64,000 nt of DNA from Lepidodermella squamata. Lineage: Eukaryota > Animalia > Gastrotricha. The stretch spans positions 1,550,001 through 1,614,000 of the forward strand of contig JBLDXI010000019.1 of assembly GCA_047495785.1 (NCBI GenBank), in the 5' to 3' direction. A program made the translations under genes and the position numbers. Numbering within the stretch: position 1 is the stretch's first letter; each line of letters starts with the position of its first letter. This document shows positions 59,700-64,000 of this stretch, in pieces. The notes below the pieces were generated by a model. The model did no database searches and was not told the origin of the DNA. It saw only the letters and a list, made by a program, of their open reading frames with translations.

Positions 59700-62600
59700 T
59701 CAAAACACCATAATCTCCGATACCGGTATAGAGTTTGGATAGATAGCCAAAGCTCGGTAGATGAACACGTATCGACCATAGGTTGGCGTCAAGCACCAAA
59801 GCGTGCTAATGCCACCCGACATCATGTCAGTCGGATCAACCGAGTCGCAGTATTTAGCTGAAATGACGTTTGTCGTGTTTCCAACCCGCATATCAAGACT
59901 GCTTATTTGCGTTTCTTTTCAAAAAACAAAGTCACGAGTAAAAACGAAATTTCTGAGGAATTTACCTGTCATATCGTTAGCGTAGACTACGACTACTCTC
60001 GTGATTTTTGCTGAGTAAACAAGGTCGAAATAAATATATTGACCAGTAGAGTTGAAACCCAGTGAGTTTGATGTAGCCTGGGGCAAGCCGTCTGTTGTGT
60101 AGAATGCAGCATCAGGAGTCTGAAAGTTAGCTCCAGCCAAGCTCGGCCTCACATTTTTGACCATTGAAACGGCTTCAAGCAATTTAAACCATTAAATCGG
60201 CCATCAAGCTTTGCTTGGCTTACCTGAATCGCTAGCAGCGTCGATCTCGCACATTGCTAGTCCAAGTGAAGGGGCTGAAGCAGCAATTGTTAAAAATCGA
60301 CCCATCGAGCCAGGTTTGCACCGTAATTTAAGCTTGGCGCCGCTGTATGAATGGCTTGCAGTCACGAAGCAAACTTGATTGAACGGATCTGCCGATGAGT
60401 TGGAGATGCCGACGGTGATAGGCGGCATAACTGGCAGGGTATCGTAATCAACTAAAATAAGTTCTCATCAGCCAGTGACCATAATAAAGAAGGCAAAATG
60501 ATGTCTCATACCGTCGCAACCTTTCACACCAAAGCGTCCTCCCATATTGGTCACGTAATCTTGCGGGTAGAAACGAACAAATCTGCCGATGAATGGCCCA
60601 ACCGTAGTTTCAACTACACTGTTTTGATCGGTATTTCCAGCCAACAGCTAAACAGTAAAATAAACTGTATCAAATGCCTATGCTAGGAAAAGTAGAATCC
60701 CGAACCTTCAAGAATCCGTCAGGATCTCTAGGGCCTCCCCAGTTCAATCCATCTCGGCTGTATCTGAAGTAGTAACTCGTGATGTAACCACTCCCTCCGG
60801 ACCCTTGTATGACTGTTTTTGTGATCTTTTTCAACGAATTCAGCTGAGCCTGCCACCAGATATTGCCGCTGGTTGACGGGGCTGGAACAGCTTGCGAGTT
60901 GGCCCTCCAAGCACCCGCGCTTCCAACATAGCCACGAAAAGCTTCATTTCCAGGTAATTCGTTCAGTGCCGTGATCTGTGAATCTGGCACATCGGCCAAC
61001 AGATCTGCACTACAGCTAGGTACTGAAAAACACGGGTTGTAAAATCCATTTATCCGCGCGAATCTTGATTCAAACTCACAATCACAGCCGTAGAGTGCGA
61101 CTCGAAGAGCGATAGCAGCATTAAAATTGTTCGGTACAATTCGAATGAACATAGTATCGATTTCCGGATACAAGCGGGTATGTGCCGCGAGATATGCATT
61201 ATTGCTACCTCGTAATAGCTGAAATTTCCGGTAAGTACAGACAATTTATAAAGGAGGGGAAAGAAGAATTTACGAAATTATTTCCGGAGACTTTGTCCAG
61301 GTAAAATTGCCAGTTAACCGCTGCGCTGTTGCCCCTGGCTGCAAACTGGACGTAGTAGTCGAGGACATAATAGTCCCCGCCGGTCGTCTTGTCACTTGTT
61401 CCTTTCACAGCTACAGCAGCGACACGTTTCACCATCGGAAATTTGAACTGCAACAAGATAACAAATTGTTGAGCTTTTTCGATTCATGGAGAGCCAACTT
61501 TACCTGCAACCATCCCGGAGTAGTGGCCGGTCTCCAGCAGCAAGCTTTTGGTGAGCTGAAAACACCATCGAGACCTTTAGCCCGTTCGGGTGTCCAGTCA
61601 AAGGCATATGTAGCCATTGCCGATGACGATGCTGTAACGTCAGAATCTGCAATAATGCTAGTAAGGTCGCTTTTGCATTGCCTCGGTTCGATTTGGGTTG
61701 TTGGGCAGCCGTTCATCACATCGTTGATTTCCTCCATGGTAAGTGCGTATTTGTGAATTCGCAGGCAATGGTAGCAAAACTTCGAGTATGTAGATGACCA
61801 CGGGACTTTTCCAATACTCATCACCATCTGGCCTTGCAGAGTGCAGTTGGTCAACGACTGAGAATTAACGGTGGCGCCGTTTATGACTAATGATAGTTTT
61901 CCATTTGCTGGGTCAGCGACGTAAGCCAAATGGTACCAGGTACTCAATGTAAGGTTATTAACTGAGTCTTTGTTAATAGAAGCAGTATCGCCTGCGTACG
62001 ATCCACTAGCACATCTATGATTTGCATCTATATACGGATTACCAGGATGGTAATTCAAGGCAACAACCTGAAAAATCAACGTGCAATTCAAGCAATACTT
62101 AGCGATTTTTGATTAAAGCCTACTTGACCAGTATTATTGTGCAGGTGAAAGATGGGCCCATCGACGAAAGCAGTGAAATAAATCTATCAGGAGAGACTCA
62201 TGAATATGGTTAGGATGAATAGGAAAAGCCAACCCAAAGCGATATAGTGAAGGCGTAATCGAGTGAATAATACGCTGGTATCTGGCTTTCTTGATAATTG
62301 GAGCCAGCGAAGCAAATCGAGGAATAGGGAACGCTAAATTTATATGTCGGTGAACCACCCCATATAACTGAGCTGCTGTAGCCAAGTACCTGCCCAGAGA
62401 CAGGGCGAACCATATCCAGGAAGTTCGAGTTGCATTGGAAAGCTTTGTAAGTAGTATACACAGCAATGGCTTTGAACTCGTTCGCTTCAGAATCATTAGC
62501 ATTAGACTGCATACATGTACAATTAGATATAATTACTTACCAACACTGAGCGGGCAAGTGCGCAGCATATTGACATGCCGCTGGCTCAGGGATCGATCGA

Positions 62601-64000
62601 AAATTTTGATACATGCAGCCCTTCCGCTCACTCCACCCACAGAGAGATACTGCCCCGTGGTAGGACTGATGGAGCAAGTTGACGAGAGGCTCCCGCTACC
62701 AACTGGATGTCCTTCGATGAAGAATCGTAGCAGTCTCGTAACATGGTCAAAAGTGAAGCCCACATAGTAAGGAACATCCTGTCAAAAGTGACATCAGAAT
62801 TATTCTTCCAAAATCAAAGTGCTCACCCTGGATAGAGACGCCGTTCCCGTAATTGTAACCAATGATCCACCGCAATTTATTGTGACATCGTGAGAATTCG
62901 CTGTCCGGAACAAGTTGATACTCCAAGTGGCGTTACTGCCATTTGTTAGGATCCCAAAGGTGCAAACTCCAGTCGAACATGCCACATGATGGAAGAAGGA
63001 GAAGGACCTCGAAAGTCTGGTCAGCAGCGTCGTGTTATCAAACCTCACCGATGCAGTCGTTGACAGCTGATAGGCCTTATTTGGGAATTGCGCCAGGCCA
63101 GTCAAAGTTGGCGAGCCAACAGCTGCAGCATTGAACCCATTTCCACTCTGATCCGACAGGCCTGTCAAGCCGTCGAGATGGATCGAAGCGATAGGGCGCG
63201 GGAATTCAGCCCAGGGACATCTCATCGCTGCGTAAATCTCAGATTTGGTCAAAAGGCGGTTGTACCACTGCATGCAGAAAATTGAAATATCACCAAAGCG
63301 ATCGTCTTGACATGCAGCTTTGAACATCCCGATGAAGAACAAGTCTGTAGCATATCGTGGAATGTTGACCGTTGAGTAGAAATCAGTGTCGATTTCGCCG
63401 TTGTAGTACCATGTTAGCCTGTTTTTAGCTAACTCGAATGTCCAACCGATGTGAACCCAAGTGTCGACAGGAAAGCCAGTAGGTTTGTTGCCGATATACG
63501 ATGGTTCATTAGATGCTGATCCTCCTCGAAGAAATCTCCCGTTACTAGAAGAACAATATGAAATAAAATTCTAGGCATGAGCATTTTGAAACAGACACAA
63601 GCCAAATCTGCAGGCCTGGAAAATATACAACATCATTTGATCAAAATCATTTGAACGCAGGGAAAATGCCTCACCCCAAGCTGCTGTATCCGCGGTATTG
63701 TCTGGCCAATTGACTATGTTACCTTCAAAGTACCCCGTCGCACTTTTGACCCAAATGAAGAATGAGTGATCCGTCGCGGTGTTTAGAACAGGGTTGTGCG
63801 CAGCTCCATACATCATGCCATCCTCAACTTTTTGCACTCGGGATGCTCCATTGACTCGCCCGAATGGGTCCGGGACAAACGTGATCGACTGGGAGTAGTA
63901 GATGTGATTGCCGTTTCCACTCATGTCCTGACCCCGGCTGTAGATGTCGAAAAGCCATAAACCAGCCGGGTTTAGTTCTCCCTCCATTATCGGCGTGATT
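59700..64000 (-). CDS. Large secreted F5-8C/LamG/F-lectin-like protein, copy 3 (5' part beyond window)
   Basis: Very close paralog of 44182-48510, including near-identical exons and conserved 3' flank (~59415 vs ~43906). Confidence 0.88.

Overview
Compact eukaryotic window, almost certainly from an invertebrate animal: GT-AG introns are mostly ~40-60 bp, and it carries Unc-79, a Cys-loop receptor and a Ly6 protein. The first ~13.6 kb is housekeeping/neural: the 3' exon of unc-79, COPB1, a GPI-anchored Ly6/uPAR protein, HINT, UBXN11 and a divergent Cys-loop channel. From ~13.7 kb it becomes an accessory region of tandem paralog sets, nearly all on the minus strand. These are two intronless TPR-SET genes; three small stand-alone RNase III + dsRBD genes resembling the Dicer C-terminus, each followed by a long hairpin (one with a miR-9-type seed); a signal-peptide ankyrin protein (+ strand); two alpha-1,3-fucosyltransferases; three giant secreted PAN/F5-8C/LamG/F-lectin-like genes; a pseudokinase-ankyrin gene; and four ~85-90 aa microproteins sharing a GGxHxFMxSYGL/IKP motif. 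Several paralogs have lost catalytic residues. Mobile DNA includes a complete Mutator element with TIRs and a 9-bp TSD nested in an older MULE relic, an L2/CR1 fragment, a tRNA-like element and MITE-like foldbacks. The best candidate novel system is the 'mini-Dicer' RNase III cluster with interspersed hairpins (19.0-24.5 kb); the microprotein array is second. All family assignments are from motif recognition by eye, not database searches.
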